Source of the DNA: Syntrophorhabdaceae bacterium
GTDB lineage: Bacteria > Desulfobacterota > Syntrophorhabdia > Syntrophorhabdales > Syntrophorhabdaceae
NCBI GenBank assembly: GCA_963666485.2
Contig: CAXXUO010000001.1
Location: 736,001 to 800,000 of the forward strand
Length of the DNA: 64,000 bases
Reading direction: 5' to 3'
Shown here: one piece after another, positions 1 to 8,445 of the stretch
Layout: each line of letters opens with the position of its first letter
Numbering within the stretch: position 1 is the first letter of the stretch
Notes under the pieces: generated by a model
What the model was told of the DNA's origin: nothing
Database searches by the model: none
Seen by the model: only the letters and a program-made list of their open reading frames with translations
Position numbers and translations under genes: made by a program

Positions 1-349
1 CGACGCCGCCGCCGACGCAGATGACCGTGCCGTATTTCTCGATGTGGCTCGGTTTGCCCAGGGGGCCGACGACGTCGAGAAGTGCCTGGCCGGCTTCAAA
101 CTTTGCGAGTTTCTGGGTGGATGTCCCGACTTCCTGGAAGATGATCGTGATCGTTCCTTTTTTCACATCATAATCCGCAACGGTAAGAGGGATGCGCTCG
201 GCCATATCGTCGCCGCGGACGACGACGAACTGCCCGGCCTTGACCTTCTTCGCGATGTCGGGAACGTACAGTTTGTACATGGTAATAGACGGAGCAAGAA
301 TCTTCTTCTCCATGATCTGGTTTACTTTTGCTGCTTTCTTGGTAGCCAT
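1..349 (-). CDS. nfnA: NfnA-like FAD/NAD-binding subunit (sulfide/dihydroorotate dehydrogenase-like), 3' end runs off the window
   Basis: Not in the ORF track. Manual translation from ATG at 349 (RBS AAGGAG): MATKKAAKVNQIMEKKILAPSITMYKLYVPDIAKKVKAGQFVVVRGDDMAERIPLTIADYD...DVVGPLGKPSHIEKYGTVICVGGGV. Shows the GQF, ERIPLTIAD, GPLG and VGGGV motifs. Confidence 0.85.
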   Translation of the reverse strand, partial: MATKKAAKVNQIMEKKILAPSITMYKLYVPDIAKKVKAGQFVVVRGDDMAERIPLTVADYDVKKGTITIIFQEVGTSTQKLAKFEAGQALLDVVGPLGKPSHIEKYGTVICVGGGV

Positions 350-389
350 AACGTCTCCTTTATTAAAAAGTTTAATTCTATCAAAAAGG

Positions 390-1889
390 TTACTTTTCGT
401 TCACCTGTTTCAAAGGTAGCCTCACGGTAAAGGTTGTTCCTTTCTCGACCTCACTGGCAGCCGATATTTCCCCGAAATGAGATTCCACGATCCTCTTGAC
501 GATCGACAGTCCCAGGCCGGTACCTGTCGTATACCGCGTGCTCGGTCCCGACACGCGATAGAATTCATCAAAAATGCAGGGAAGGGATTCTTCGTCGATA
601 CCGATGCCGGTATCGCTCACTTTTATGGAGAGATAAGGCCCGTCCGGGACCGCACTCACCATGACCTTGCCATTCTTCACGTTGTACTTCATGGCATTCG
701 ACACGAGATTGGTCAGAAGCTGCTCCATCTCGGCCCGGTCGGCCTCTATGAGGGGCAACTTCTCCGGGATGTCAACGCTGAAAGAGATATCCTTGGTCGA
801 GCCCTGGACCTTGAACAGGTCAACCGTGCTCTCGATTATCTCCGTCATGTCGAGAAATTCTTTCTTCCTTACCACTTTCTTCGATTCCAATTTTGCAAAG
901 AGCAGGAGATCATTGACGAGGTCCATAAGTGAATGGGACCTGAGCTTTGCCCGCTCCAGCATCTGCCTGTTGAATTGCGGGTCCGTCCCCGCGACGCCCG
1001 TGAGATACGCGTTGAGATATCCTTCGATGGCCCCCAGCGGAGCCCGTATCTCATGCGCCACCATCCTCACGAACTGGGATTTTACTTCTTCTACCTCCTT
1101 GAGTTCGGAGATATCGCGGAACGTGCAGACGACACCCAGGTTCTCGCCTTTTTCATCACGCACCCCCGCTACAATGACCATCAGGGTCTTCGACGTCTCT
1201 CCCGTGAGAACAACCTCCTCGGAGATTATCGTATACTGGGAAAAATCGGGTGAGAACGCCTTGTCGATCACTTCCACAAGGTCTTTTTGCCGCAGTGCCT
1301 TCCGGTAATCCATGCCGATGCCGGAATCAACCTTGCCCGTTACGTTGAACATTTTCAGGACGGCCGGGTTCCACAGGGCAAGCTGGCGTTCGCGGTTGAT
1401 GACGAGGATGCCGTCAGCCATCGAGTTGACGATCGTGTGGAGCTTCGATTTCTCGCTCGCCACCTCGAGAAGCCTCTGGTCTCTCTCTTCGCGAAGCTTT
1501 TCTTTCTCTATGGTCAGCCGTCTCTTGTCGAGGCCCCTGTTTATGACCGCCAGGAGCTGATCGGGGTTGAACGGTTTCGGTATGTAGTCGTAGGCGCCGT
1601 GCTTCATGGCGTCCACTGCTGTTTCGACGGTTGCGAAACCCGTGATCACGACGAGAACGATGTCCGCATCTATCTGCCTCACCTGTTCCATCATCTCAAG
1701 TCCGCCCATGACAGGCATCATGAGATCGACAAGGACGAGGTCGTAGGAATTCTCCTTTACCTTATCCAGCCCAAGTTTGCCATTTTCGGCTGTATCGACG
1801 GTATACCCTTCCGATGAAAGGATCCTGCGGCATCCCTCACGGATGCCTTTTTCGTCGTCAACAACCAGTATAGTGACGGGTTCCGCCAT
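390..1889 (-). CDS. Hybrid response regulator receiver-PAS-histidine kinase
   Basis: N-terminal REC (ILVVDDE, DLMMP, KPF), PAS-like segment, H-box VAHEIRAPL, N-box NLVSNAMKY, G-boxes DTGIGI and GTGLGL. Confidence 0.93.
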   Translation of the reverse strand: MAEPVTILVVDDEKGIREGCRRILSSEGYTVDTAENGKLGLDKVKENSYDLVLVDLMMPVMGGLEMMEQVRQIDADIVLVVITGFATVETAVDAMKHGAYDYIPKPFNPDQLLAVINRGLDKRRLTIEKEKLREERDQRLLEVASEKSKLHTIVNSMADGILVINRERQLALWNPAVLKMFNVTGKVDSGIGMDYRKALRQKDLVEVIDKAFSPDFSQYTIISEEVVLTGETSKTLMVIVAGVRDEKGENLGVVCTFRDISELKEVEEVKSQFVRMVAHEIRAPLGAIEGYLNAYLTGVAGTDPQFNRQMLERAKLRSHSLMDLVNDLLLFAKLESKKVVRKKEFLDMTEIIESTVDLFKVQGSTKDISFSVDIPEKLPLIEADRAEMEQLLTNLVSNAMKYNVKNGKVMVSAVPDGPYLSIKVSDTGIGIDEESLPCIFDEFYRVSGPSTRYTTGTGLGLSIVKRIVESHFGEISAASEVEKGTTFTVRLPLKQVNEK

Positions 1890-1913
1890 TGCCTTTCCGT
1901 GGATGTGTTCTTA

Positions 1914-2300
1914 CTACTTGTCGAGAAGCGCGTTTATCTTCTGCACGAGTACATCCGGCTCCACCGGTTTTGGAACGAAACCATCGGTTTTCATCCAGTA
2001 ACCGTCCTGATCCTGCGAAAATTCATATCCCGTCTCGCTTGCGACCGCGGAGATCATGAGGATCGGGATGTCTTTGTAGCGCGGGTCCGACTTTATCGAT
2101 TTCGCGAAGCTGAAACCGGTATCGTGTTTCTCCAGCATAAGGTCAAGAAGTATCAGGTTCGGCGCGTCGAACTGAACCTTGTCCATTCCCTCGCGGGCGG
2201 AGAATGCCGTTTCGACCTCGAAGCCGTTGTTTTCAAGGACTGCCTTGTTGAGATCAACGAAATCGACGTCATCATCAATGATTAGAATTCTTTTTGCCAT
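1914..2300 (-). CDS. Single-domain response regulator (receiver only)
   Basis: ILIIDDD, LLDLML and KP motifs; 128 aa with no output domain. Confidence 0.92.
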   Translation of the reverse strand: MAKRILIIDDDVDFVDLNKAVLENNGFEVETAFSAREGMDKVQFDAPNLILLDLMLEKHDTGFSFAKSIKSDPRYKDIPILMISAVASETGYEFSQDQDGYWMKTDGFVPKPVEPDVLVQKINALLDK

Positions 2301-4401
2301 AATTCCTTCTCCCTGTATTTATATTTTGATTTGCCGCTAATCCATTAGCCTGTGCCGTAATTCCAATCGCTTTACCATCAACGGGAAGACTTATGACGAA
2401 GGTGCTCCCCTTTCCTAATTCCGTTTCCACATCGATCTTGCCGGAATGCCTCTCGACGATGCCGTACGAGATGGCAAGGCCAAGGCCGGTGCCTTTCTCC
2501 TTCGTTGTGAAGAAGGGATTGAACAGCTTCCCGATATTTTCGGGCGGTATGCCCGGTCCTGTATCTTTAATCCTGACCGTCACGACACCCGCCTCATGGG
2601 ACGTCGTGATGGTGAGAGAACCTTTTCCCGCCATTGCCTGCGCTGCATTGAGAACGATATTGAGAAAGACCTGCTTCAGCTGGGTCGCATCGCCGAAGAG
2701 CACCGGCATGTCCGGCTGCAGGACCTTTTTGATCTTGATGTTCTGAAAAAGGACCTGGTTGACGATGAGGCCCATTGTCTCCTCGAGGAGATCGTTTATG
2801 TTCGTTTCACCCGGTTTGAGCTTGGTCTCGCGCGCAAAAGAGAGGAGTCCCTGGACTATTTCTTTCGTCCGTGCCGCCTCGCTGATGATGAGGTCGATAT
2901 CCTCTGCCCTCGGGTCGCCCGGCTCGAGAGAGCGCTTGAGGATATGCGCATAGATTGTTATCGTGCCGAGGGGATTGTTGATCTCATGTGCAACGCCCGC
3001 CGCAAGCTGACCAAGGGCGGCCAGTTTTTCCGTCCGTATCAGCTGAAACTGCGCCTGTTCAAGTTCCTGGAGCGACTGCTGGAGCTGCTTGTGCGATCTT
3101 TCGAGCTGCTGGTATATGCCCTTCGACTCCTCAAGGAGATACGGGAGGCAATACTCCGCTTCGGATATGCCCTGGACGACGGCAACCGCTTTTTCGCGGC
3201 ACGTCTTGTAGCCGCATGCGCGGCAGTCGAGGTTGTTGTGCGGAGGCAGCTTGTTTATCTTTTTCAGTACATTGCGGATCTCATTCTCCGTCGGGTCGGG
3301 AAGTTTTTCAACGCCGGCAGCATACACACGTGAAACCTTTACGTCCGCAAAATCTCTCTGGATCTTCTGCAGCATCCCGGCAGTCGTCGGGTGGAACCCG
3401 GCATTCGCGTAGCGCGACACGATCTGCCGCCTGCCGAGAACGCCCATTTCCCGCTCGATGAACGGGCCGTCAACACAGCCGTCACAGAACACAAGATCAA
3501 GGAACCTTGCCTGTATCGACCCTATGGCAAGCTGGTTCAATGCCCCGATAGCCCGCCTGCGCCCGTATGCAACGCTGACCTCGCCGACGAGGACGTCAAA
3601 GCTGTGGCCAAGACTTCGATTGAGGCCCCCGATAACAGGGGTGATCCTTCCAAGAGCAGATCCGGGCCCGTCGAACGTGGCTTCCGCGATGTTCCTCGGG
3701 TTGATCCCCGCCTCCGCGAACATGAGCCGGACATCACGGAAGGTAATGACATGGTCGATAGCGTCCGCTACGTCTTCGGAATCCAGCTCCCCCATGCGGG
3801 CAAGGCACGGCCCTATGTACACGACCTTGCACCCGGGGCCTTTTACCTTCTTTATCATCCTGCCCGCCGCTACCATGGGGGAGACGATCGGTGCGATGTT
3901 GCCGATGAGCTGCGGGAGATATTTCTCGATATACATGACGATAACGGGACAAAAAGACGATATGACGGGTTCTGTTATACCCCCGGCAAGAAGTTTCCGG
4001 TAGGGTCGCGCTATGAGCTCGGCACCCGCGGAGCCTTCCCAGACCTCTTTAAACCCTAAAGCCTTCAGGGCGTAACTGAAGCCGCCGGGAGACACAAGCT
4101 CCAGGAATGCCGGGAAAGACGGGTCGAGACAGGCCACGACTTCTTCATTGGAATCTATCAGTGCCCTGACGACCGCTGCATCGCTCTGGTATGTCATTGC
4201 CCGGTGCGGGCACCCGGTAATGCAGTTGCCGCACAGGATGCACCTTTCGGGGATGATCCGTATCGATTCCTTCTCGAGTTTGATCGCCTTCGCCGGGCAA
4301 AGCTGGACGCAGTAAAAGCACCTGCGGCATTTACGGTTGTTCACCTCTACCCGGGAACCGGCCCGGCATTTCTCTGTCATCAGTTCGCGGACGGTATTCA
4401 T
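2275..4401 (-). CDS. Sensory [FeFe]-hydrogenase-like protein fused to a histidine kinase (group C-type architecture)
   Basis: N-terminal 2x[4Fe-4S] (CRRCFYCVQLCP; CILCGNCITGCP), H-cluster-domain motifs SSFCP, GPCLARMGE and DLVFCDGCVDGP, FeS domain DCRACGYKTC...YCLP, coiled coil, H-box AHEINNPL, HATPase boxes. Confidence 0.85.
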   Translation of the reverse strand: MNTVRELMTEKCRAGSRVEVNNRKCRRCFYCVQLCPAKAIKLEKESIRIIPERCILCGNCITGCPHRAMTYQSDAAVVRALIDSNEEVVACLDPSFPAFLELVSPGGFSYALKALGFKEVWEGSAGAELIARPYRKLLAGGITEPVISSFCPVIVMYIEKYLPQLIGNIAPIVSPMVAAGRMIKKVKGPGCKVVYIGPCLARMGELDSEDVADAIDHVITFRDVRLMFAEAGINPRNIAEATFDGPGSALGRITPVIGGLNRSLGHSFDVLVGEVSVAYGRRRAIGALNQLAIGSIQARFLDLVFCDGCVDGPFIEREMGVLGRRQIVSRYANAGFHPTTAGMLQKIQRDFADVKVSRVYAAGVEKLPDPTENEIRNVLKKINKLPPHNNLDCRACGYKTCREKAVAVVQGISEAEYCLPYLLEESKGIYQQLERSHKQLQQSLQELEQAQFQLIRTEKLAALGQLAAGVAHEINNPLGTITIYAHILKRSLEPGDPRAEDIDLIISEAARTKEIVQGLLSFARETKLKPGETNINDLLEETMGLIVNQVLFQNIKIKKVLQPDMPVLFGDATQLKQVFLNIVLNAAQAMAGKGSLTITTSHEAGVVTVRIKDTGPGIPPENIGKLFNPFFTTKEKGTGLGLAISYGIVERHSGKIDVETELGKGSTFVISLPVDGKAIGITAQANGLAANQNINTGRRNYGKKNSNH

Positions 4402-4469
4402 TCAAATACACAGGAAATTTAATAAATTACCACAAATCTTACAGTAAAGTAAGTGCTTTGTCAATGAGC

Positions 4470-4487
4470 ATGTGAAAAGCTTTACAA
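4470..4487. promoter_or_regulatory. Rex-like operator upstream of the sensory hydrogenase operon
   Basis: ATGTGAAAAGCTTTACAA matches the Rex consensus TTGTGAA-N4-TTCACAA with 2 mismatches, about 70 nt upstream of the start at 4401. Confidence 0.5.
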
Positions 4488-4557
4488 GGAATTTTTCGCG
4501 TTTAATTCCCGCTACTAAGACGTCGCTGCATCTGTAGCAAATGCGTAAGAAAGCAAT

Positions 4558-4758
4558 TCTCTCGCCCGTTCGTCGCTTGCGCTCCTCTCTCGAGTTCACA
4601 GAGTTCGCGGAGAAAGATTGTTTTTTTCTTTTCCTCGGCGAAGCCGACGAAAGTGCCGGCTGGTCGTGGTCGGCTCCGCGACCAGCCGGCAAAGTCTTTT
4701 TCTCTTCGCAGTTCTCTGTGTTCTCTGCGAGCTCGAGCGAAGCGGGCGAGAGGATATC
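4558..4758. mobile_element. MITE-like palindromic element, copy 1
   Basis: Imperfect terminal inverted repeats CTCTCGCCCGTTCGTCGCTTGCGCTC / GAGCTCGAGCGAAGCGGGCGAGAG, internal hairpin TGCCGGCTGGTCG...CGACCAGCCGGCA, near-identical copy at 26756-26980. Confidence 0.7.
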
Positions 4759-4761
4759 TTT

Positions 4762-5466
4762 TTAAAAGTTCAGCGCCTGTTTGGGGCATCCTTTGACGCA
4801 CAGGCCGCATTTCAGGCAATCGCCCTTGTATTCCATTGCCGGCTCTTCTTTCAGTGCATTGGGGCTAAGCTGCATGGGGCAGTTTTTCGCGCAAAGCCCG
4901 CAGCTCACGCAGGACTCGCGATCCATCTTAAGCGGGCGGCGGTTCGCACCGACCCAGCTCGAGAGGCTGCCTATCGGGCAGATCGAGCACCAGGTCCGCT
5001 GGTGGAGGAAGAGGGCCAGAAATATCCCGATGACCGTCGTGATGGTGAGCAGAACAATGAAGAACCGGCCGATCGCATACCCGTCCGGCCAGAGGCGAAC
5101 GATCTGGAACGTGAGCATGGCCATGAGAAAGGCGATGACGCCGAGCCGGACCGGGACCGCACGCAAAGCCCGCGGGATATTCTTTCCGGGGCTTATTGCC
5201 TTCATATAGGTATCTGCGAAAGACCCGCGGGGACACATCCAGTTGCACCACGTGCGTCCGCGGAACGCCGCGAGCCCGACACCCGCCACCATGCACAGGG
5301 GGATAAAATAACCGATCAGGGAGTAGAACCACCCGGCTATGACAAGGGCAATGAATACTGAACCGAATATAGCCTGTTTTACGAACCGGGACCGGTGAGC
5401 ACTCTTAAGCTCCTCTTTTGCCGAGATCTGCACCGGCTTGATGATATTTTCTGCTGTTCCGTTCAT
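4762..5466 (-). CDS. Membrane 4Fe-4S binding protein (NapH/YccM-like)
   Basis: TM helices, two CxxxCP motifs (WCNWMCP, WCSICP), C-terminal 2x[4Fe-4S]; probable ATG at 5466 after GAGG. Confidence 0.88.
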   Translation of the reverse strand: MNGTAENIIKPVQISAKEELKSAHRSRFVKQAIFGSVFIALVIAGWFYSLIGYFIPLCMVAGVGLAAFRGRTWCNWMCPRGSFADTYMKAISPGKNIPRALRAVPVRLGVIAFLMAMLTFQIVRLWPDGYAIGRFFIVLLTITTVIGIFLALFLHQRTWCSICPIGSLSSWVGANRRPLKMDRESCVSCGLCAKNCPMQLSPNALKEEPAMEYKGDCLKCGLCVKGCPKQALNF

Positions 5467-5476
5467 ACATACCTCT

Positions 5477-5827
5477 TCAAGCGTTATCCGATGCATTGGC
5501 CCGCATGCGCTGTGCGATGCGTTCCTTTTCCTTAAGCGTCTCCCTGAGAACGTCGCGCATGATCGAGCATGCCTCGCTGATCCGCGGGCTTGCAAGCCTG
5601 TAATAGATCGTCGTCCCTTCGCGGCGGGTGAGGACGAGCCCCTTCTGTTTCAGCACGGAAAGGTGCTGCGACATGTTGGCCTTGTTTATAGCGATCGCAT
5701 CCAGCATAGACGACACCGATCTCTCGCCCTCCTTAAGAAGGTTCAGTATTTGGAGCCGCCTCGGGTTGGCAAGCGCGAGGCACACATCCGCCTGCATCTC
5801 AAAGATCTCCATTTCCTGATCAGCCAT
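5477..5827 (-). CDS. ArsR/SmtB family transcriptional regulator
   Basis: ALANPRRLQILNLL...SQHLSVLKQKGLV...RREG wHTH signature. Confidence 0.93.
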   Translation of the reverse strand: MADQEMEIFEMQADVCLALANPRRLQILNLLKEGERSVSSMLDAIAINKANMSQHLSVLKQKGLVLTRREGTTIYYRLASPRISEACSIMRDVLRETLKEKERIAQRMRANASDNA

Positions 5828-5982
5828 GTCTCACTCCTATTGTTTCGTGATTTCTTAGTTTCATTATCTCGCAATTATAAGATGGTAATCTGAAAATGTC
5901 AAGAGAATACGCGGAGGGCACTTTTCGAACGCCGCGATTTTTGTCTTAATTTTCGCCTCCGATTGTCGCAATCATCCAAGTC

Positions 5983-6103
5983 CGTCATCCCGGCCTCCGA
6001 GCCGGGACCCAAGGTTTTTCTTCTTGAACCATTTAAAAACTTTGACGCCAGAAACAATAATAAAAACCAAACCTTGGGTCCCGGGTCAAGCCCGGGATGA
6101 CGG
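5983..6103. repeat. Inverted pair of REP-like palindromes
   Basis: CGTCATCCCGGCCTCCGAGCCGGGACCCAAGGTTT and its inverted partner AAACCTTGGGTCCCGGGTCAAGCCCGGGATGACG. Confidence 0.75.
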
Positions 6104-6235
6104 CGGGGGTTTTGTACTGGCAGGCATAATATACCAGCTTGGATAGGGGCTGCGGGGGATTACGGCACAGTCTCTTCGCGGGAAATGACGGCGGGGCGGA
6201 CTGCAGGTTTCGCGCTTCAAATTCGCGACAGCCTT

Positions 6236-6742
6236 CTATCTCGTTAGACACCGGAATATTTCCCCGATATACATACGATGATAATCTTTCTTGGGATAAA
6301 AACCGTCTATGTCGGGGGAGAGGAAATTGGCCGGGGTTATGTCCTGGTAATATATCTTTCGGCACTCGAGGACGAGCCGGGCTTCGGCGAAGTAGATGGT
6401 GTCCTCGCCAAAGACGGGTGTTAGACGGGCCTCGGCGGCCTTGTTGACGTCCCGTCCCGAATGCGTTCCGCAGTATGTCAGGGCGTCACGGTATTCCTCC
6501 TCGAAGAAGCTCAATGAAAAATATTCCGCTTTTTCGATGAACTCATATGTATAGCGGTTCGGCCGGACGACGCACAGGGCGATGCGCCTGTCCCACATGA
6601 CCCCGAGACCGCCCCAGGCCCCCGTCATGGTATTGTAGGACTCTTTCGTGCCCGCGGTTATCAGCATCCAGTCGACGCCTATGAGTTTGAACGGGTTATA
6701 GCCGATCTCGTCGGGCTTCGTTTCGATAAATATACGTTCCAT
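6236..6742 (-). CDS. Flavin reductase-like (flavoredoxin) family protein
   Basis: WMLITAG..NTMT..WGG, VRPNRYT, CGTHSGRD, YHRMYIGEI; ATG at 6742 after AGGAGG. Confidence 0.88.
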   Translation of the reverse strand: MERIFIETKPDEIGYNPFKLIGVDWMLITAGTKESYNTMTGAWGGLGVMWDRRIALCVVRPNRYTYEFIEKAEYFSLSFFEEEYRDALTYCGTHSGRDVNKAAEARLTPVFGEDTIYFAEARLVLECRKIYYQDITPANFLSPDIDGFYPKKDYHRMYIGEIFRCLTR

Positions 6743-6825
6743 GACACCCTCCTTTACAATTATTTCATTCTTTACATTATACCGTGAAAGGGATAAATGG
6801 CGGGGCGAGAAAATCACAAAGACAC

Positions 6826-6852
6826 TGGATCCCGGCCTTCGCCGGGATGACG
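6826..6852. repeat. REP-like palindrome (same family as 5983-6103)
   Basis: CTGGATCCCGGCCTTCGCCGGGATGACG. Confidence 0.65.
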
Positions 6853-6880
6853 ACGAGAGCGAAAAAAAGGCGCTCGGTTT

Positions 6881-6915
6881 TTACGCCTCACGCCTTACGC
6901 TTTACGCCTTACGAT
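6881..6915. repeat. Heptamer tandem array (TTACGCC)n
   Basis: TTACGCC TCACGCC TTACGCT TTACGCC TTACGAT; same unit at 33432-33470. Confidence 0.75.
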
Positions 6916-6929
6916 CTTTCAGAACCGTC

Positions 6930-7006
6930 AAACCGCTTGAACGCGTAAACCTATTGCGTTATTTCAAGCCCCCCTTGATCGTACACAAACCACGTTCAAG
7001 CGGTTT
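6930..7006. repeat. 14-bp perfect inverted repeat just downstream of nfnB
   Basis: AAACCGCTTGAACG (6930-6943) and CGTTCAAGCGGTTT (6993-7006). Confidence 0.7.
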
Positions 7007-7020
7007 AAACGGCCAAAGCT

Positions 7021-8445
7021 TTACTGCTTGCCTGTGGTCAGGTATTCGTGGATCGCCGTCGCCGCTTTTCTCCCTGCACCCATTGCAAGAATAACGGTTG
7101 CGGCGCCTGTCACGATGTCACCCCCCGCCCATACTTTATCACGCGTTGTCTTGCCCGTTTCCTGGTCAGCGACAAGTGTTCCTCTCTTCGTTGTGTCGAG
7201 TCCGGGTGTCGTCGCCGGGACCAGCGGGTTCGGGCTGTTCCCGATCGCGACCACAACGGCATCTACCGGCATCCGGAAATTGGAACCGGGAATCTCGACC
7301 GGTGAGCGCCGCCCGGACGCATCCGGCTCACCAAGTTCCATTTTGAGGCATTCGATCTCCTTAACCCACCCATTCTCGTCACCAATGTATGCGAGAGGCA
7401 GGGTGAGCACGTCGAAGATCACGCCCTCTTCCTCGGCATTCTCCGCTTCCTCGGCACGTGCCGGCAGTTCCTTGTGGGAGCGCCTGTACACGATGTGCGA
7501 CTCGGCGGCACCCATGCGCACAGCAGTCCGCGCCGAATCCATCGCGACGTTCCCGCCGCCGACGACCGCAACCTTCACATGCCTTTTTACCGGCGTCGCT
7601 GCTTTCGGCGCCTGGTAGCCTTTCATCAGGTTCATACGGGTCAGGTATTCGTTGGCCGAATACACACCGTTTAAGTTTTCCCCGGGGATGTCCATGAACC
7701 AGGGAAGCCCCGCGCCTGTTCCAACGAAAACAGCGTCGAACTCTTCAAGGAGTTCGTCTATCGACCGGGTCTTCCCGACAACGAAGTCGGTAAACACCTT
7801 GACGCCAAGGGCCTTCAGATAATCCAGCTCCCGCGCGACGATCGCCTTCGGAAGCCTGAATTCCGGGATGCCGTACACGAGCACGCCTCCCGCCTTATGA
7901 AGCGCCTCGAAGATCGTCACCTCGTGGCCGAGCATGATGAGGTCGCCCGCGACTGTAAGTCCGGCTGGTCCCGACCCGACGATGGCAACCTTCTTTCCGG
8001 TCGGCGGCGCCTTCTCAGGAAGGTCGATCTTCCCCTGTGCCGCTTCCCAGTCGGCAAGAAAACGCTCGATACGGCCGATCGCTATCTCGCCGCCCTTGTT
8101 GAGCAGGATGCATTTTGACTCGCACTGTGACTCCTGCGGACACACCCTGCCGGAGATGGCTGGAAGACAGTTCTTTTCTTTGAGCTTTTTTATACCCGCC
8201 GAAAAATCTCCTTTCTTGACACAGGCGATGAAAGCGGGGATATCGATCCCGACAGGACACCCTGTCTGGCATCTCGGCTTTTTGCACTGCAGGCAGCGCG
8301 AGGCCTCCGCCTGCGCAAGTTCCTTGGTATAACCGAGCGCCACTTCCTCGAAATTATTTCGCCTGATCTTCGGAGACTGGTGGGGCATCGCTCTCCGGTT
8401 GAGATCTATCTTGCTTGCTTTTTCCTGAGTTTTCTCGTCATTCAT
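7021..8445 (-). CDS. nfnB: NfnB large subunit of NADH-dependent ferredoxin:NADP+ oxidoreductase (GltD/SudA-like)
   Basis: EASRCLQCKKPRCQTGCP, GRVCPQESQCESKC, GSGPAG, YGIPEFRL, GGGNVAMD, YRRS, AGGDIVTGAATVILAMGAG; directly downstream of nfnA. Confidence 0.9.
   Translation of the reverse strand: MNDEKTQEKASKIDLNRRAMPHQSPKIRRNNFEEVALGYTKELAQAEASRCLQCKKPRCQTGCPVGIDIPAFIACVKKGDFSAGIKKLKEKNCLPAISGRVCPQESQCESKCILLNKGGEIAIGRIERFLADWEAAQGKIDLPEKAPPTGKKVAIVGSGPAGLTVAGDLIMLGHEVTIFEALHKAGGVLVYGIPEFRLPKAIVARELDYLKALGVKVFTDFVVGKTRSIDELLEEFDAVFVGTGAGLPWFMDIPGENLNGVYSANEYLTRMNLMKGYQAPKAATPVKRHVKVAVVGGGNVAMDSARTAVRMGAAESHIVYRRSHKELPARAEEAENAEEEGVIFDVLTLPLAYIGDENGWVKEIECLKMELGEPDASGRRSPVEIPGSNFRMPVDAVVVAIGNSPNPLVPATTPGLDTTKRGTLVADQETGKTTRDKVWAGGDIVTGAATVILAMGAGRKAATAIHEYLTTGKQ

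Noticed and set aside
4402..4819. Short ORFs over the MITE-like element (also 26780-27025)
   Set aside because: Their shared peptide text comes from the repeated DNA element, not from a gene.
7021..8445. Glutamate synthase small subunit
   Set aside because: No gltB nearby; pairing with an NfnA-like gene indicates NfnB.
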